Shown piece by piece: positions 62,224 through 64,000 of a stretch of DNA of 64,000 nucleotides. The translations under genes and the position numbers were made by a program. Within the stretch, counting starts at the first letter, position 1. Every line of letters starts with the position of its first letter. Source of the stretch: Antedon mediterranea (Eukaryota; Animalia; Echinodermata); contig NC_092674.1 of the NCBI RefSeq assembly GCF_964355755.1, positions 16,678,001-16,742,000 of the forward strand. The letters run 5' to 3'. Under the pieces are notes generated by a model. That model did no database searches, had not been told where the DNA came from, and worked only from the letters and a program-made list of their open reading frames with translations.

Positions 62224-62304
62224 CTTCTTCCACTTCCCAAGTCTGTGCCAATATCTCCTGATCAAACAGAAAATGTCAACATGTCTTCTTTAAGCAGTAA
62301 AAGT
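62224..62304 (+). CDS. RUBCN: Rubicon exon (LLPLPKSVPISPDQTENVNMSSLSSKS)
   Basis: TTTTTTTCACAG acceptor, GTAAGG donor, phase 0-0; matches recalled Rubicon LLPIPDSLPISPDD. Confidence 0.9.
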
Positions 62305-62767
62305 GTAAGGTTCTTGAAATGTTTGTTTCATCTATTTTTATTATTTTGTTAAATCTATTGTGAATTGTATCAAATACTCAGTACCATATAAGAATACTGG
62401 AATAGAAGTATGGAATGTTTTGGAACTGAAACATGAAAATTCAATGAAATGTTTGTATTAAAGTGATATATCCTTTTTACTATATTACCATTAAAAAGAT
62501 CCATAAAATAATTTAAAAGGCATAACAATATTAAATGTTAAACAGGCTTTGGCTGTAGTCAGGTTCCTCATGTATGAACGGTTCAAAATGGCGTCCAAAT
62601 GGCCTTATTTCCATAACCCTTTGGTCTATTGACAAGGTATTGGTATCAAAATACTCAGAATATATATATTTATATTCGTAATTGTAATAGAACATTTTTA
62701 CTAAAGGCAACCGGAAATGCTATTTTTCTGTACTTTTGACCCTTGGCCTTGACTCGTATTGTATCTT

Positions 62768-62905
62768 AACAAGGCCAACAGCCATTAAGTCGCGTGCTAC
62801 AATGCATAGTGATACCGGACCGACAGACAGACCAACAGACAGACAGACCGACCGACCGACCGACCGACATAGTGAACTATAGAGTCGCGTCCACGCAACT
62901 AAAAA
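62768..62905 (-). mobile_element. Miniature HINE (family 3) with (GTCG/GTCT)n
   Basis: Minus strand TTTTTAGTTGCGTGGACGCGACT palindrome, tetranucleotide microsatellite, 3' CACGCGACT IR, end GGCTGTTGGCCTTGTT. Confidence 0.8.
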
Positions 62906-62975
62906 GACAATGAATACAGACTTGGGGCAAGTCTAGTTTCAAACCTTCTAGGCTTTTGTGATTGGAACCATTTAA

Positions 62976-63639
62976 AACAAGGCCAACAGCCATTAAGTCG
63001 CATGCTACAATGCATAGTGATACCGGACCGACAGACAGACAGACCGACAGACAGACAGACCGACCGACCGACATAGTGAACTATACTGACCGAAATTACT
63101 GAACATGTTTAAAAATGTTGAAATGTTTAAAAACATTTATATTTTTTTAATTTACACGTGCGTAGCCTGTCACTTTTGACGTGCCGTATAACGTAATTTC
63201 GAGTTGAAAAGTAAGTCAAGAAAACAGAAATCGGGCAAAAAGAGTGCGCAATAACATTTAACGCGCAGTGCGCGCGCAAAAACCGGCGCACTCATGGCAA
63301 TTTTGTAAACGCTTAAAATTGCCTGAAACGTACTCTTATTTCATCGAAAATAAATTTTGAAAATTTTAAGCGCGCGTACGTATGCGTTACATGCGCTACG
63401 CACGTAATTGTATTGCCATATGATGATTCATGCCCTGAAATTTATAGTACCAAATTTTATTTAATTGTGATTAATCGTTAAATCGTGCGTAGACCGCGTA
63501 ATTTTTATTGCGCACTGTGAAAACATAACCACATCGATTCCTGGCCATAAGGAATATTCTGTGAAAAATTGACTTAGCTAGATTAAACTGATATCAAGAT
63601 AAGGTCAGAAAGCGATAAAACGCATAGTGATACCGGACC

Positions 63640-63670
<31 letters not shown>

Positions 63671-63719
63671 CAACCGACCAACATAGTGAACTATAGAGTC
63701 GCATCCACGCGACCAAAAA
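62976..63719 (-). mobile_element. Further family 3 HINE copies (short 62976-63085, long about 63100-63719)
   Basis: Same core and microsatellite; body 63110-63600 is homologous to 61700-62160. Confidence 0.7.
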
Positions 63720-64000
63720 TGGTCTCAAATTGCTCAGACCTTATTTTATTGTAATGCATTATTTTGTTTAAAAATGTCCGGAAGCAAAGTTATTGACCTT
63801 TGACATAGAGAATAGCTTACAAGGATTTGCATTCAGTTGTCTCCATAACCCTTTTGTCTATTGACAAGATATTTGTATCAAAATACTCGAAATATATATA
63901 TTTATATTCGTTGTAATATACCATTTTGACTAAATGTAACCAGAAATGCTATTTTTCTTTACTAGTGACAATTGACTCCCACTGTATCTAAAAAACGGCT

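Overview
This is AT-rich, repeat-dense eukaryotic DNA, probably from a marine invertebrate; the taxon cannot be fixed from sequence alone. The whole window lies inside one + strand gene, a Rubicon (RUBCN) orthologue. Nine coding exons with GT-AG boundaries and consistent phases run from the RUN domain to just before the Rubicon-homology domain: 1004-1226, 13748-13854, 24952-25705, 31286-31401, 33383-33599, 47660-47713, 53130-53240, 57481-57650 and 62224-62304. The gene start and end lie outside the window. The introns are filled with nested transposons: several Helentron-associated (HINE/DINE-1-like) families, pogo/Tc1-type MITEs, Kolobok-, EnSpm-, Harbinger- and Academ-like elements, decayed LINEs (one with a 2A-like peptide), Penelope-like fragments with minimal hammerhead ribozymes, tRNA-like sequences and minisatellites. 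The most notable observations are: a 364-bp (TA)n-associated tandem unit with a well-folding tRNA of anticodon ATC next to a Penelope end; HINEs combining subterminal inverted repeats with CTAG 3' ends; a four-level TE nest with target-site duplications (TSDs); and TA-CAG-TA / TA-GGCC-TA insertions that look like transposon excision footprints. All family assignments come from visual inspection and recalled motifs, not from database searches.
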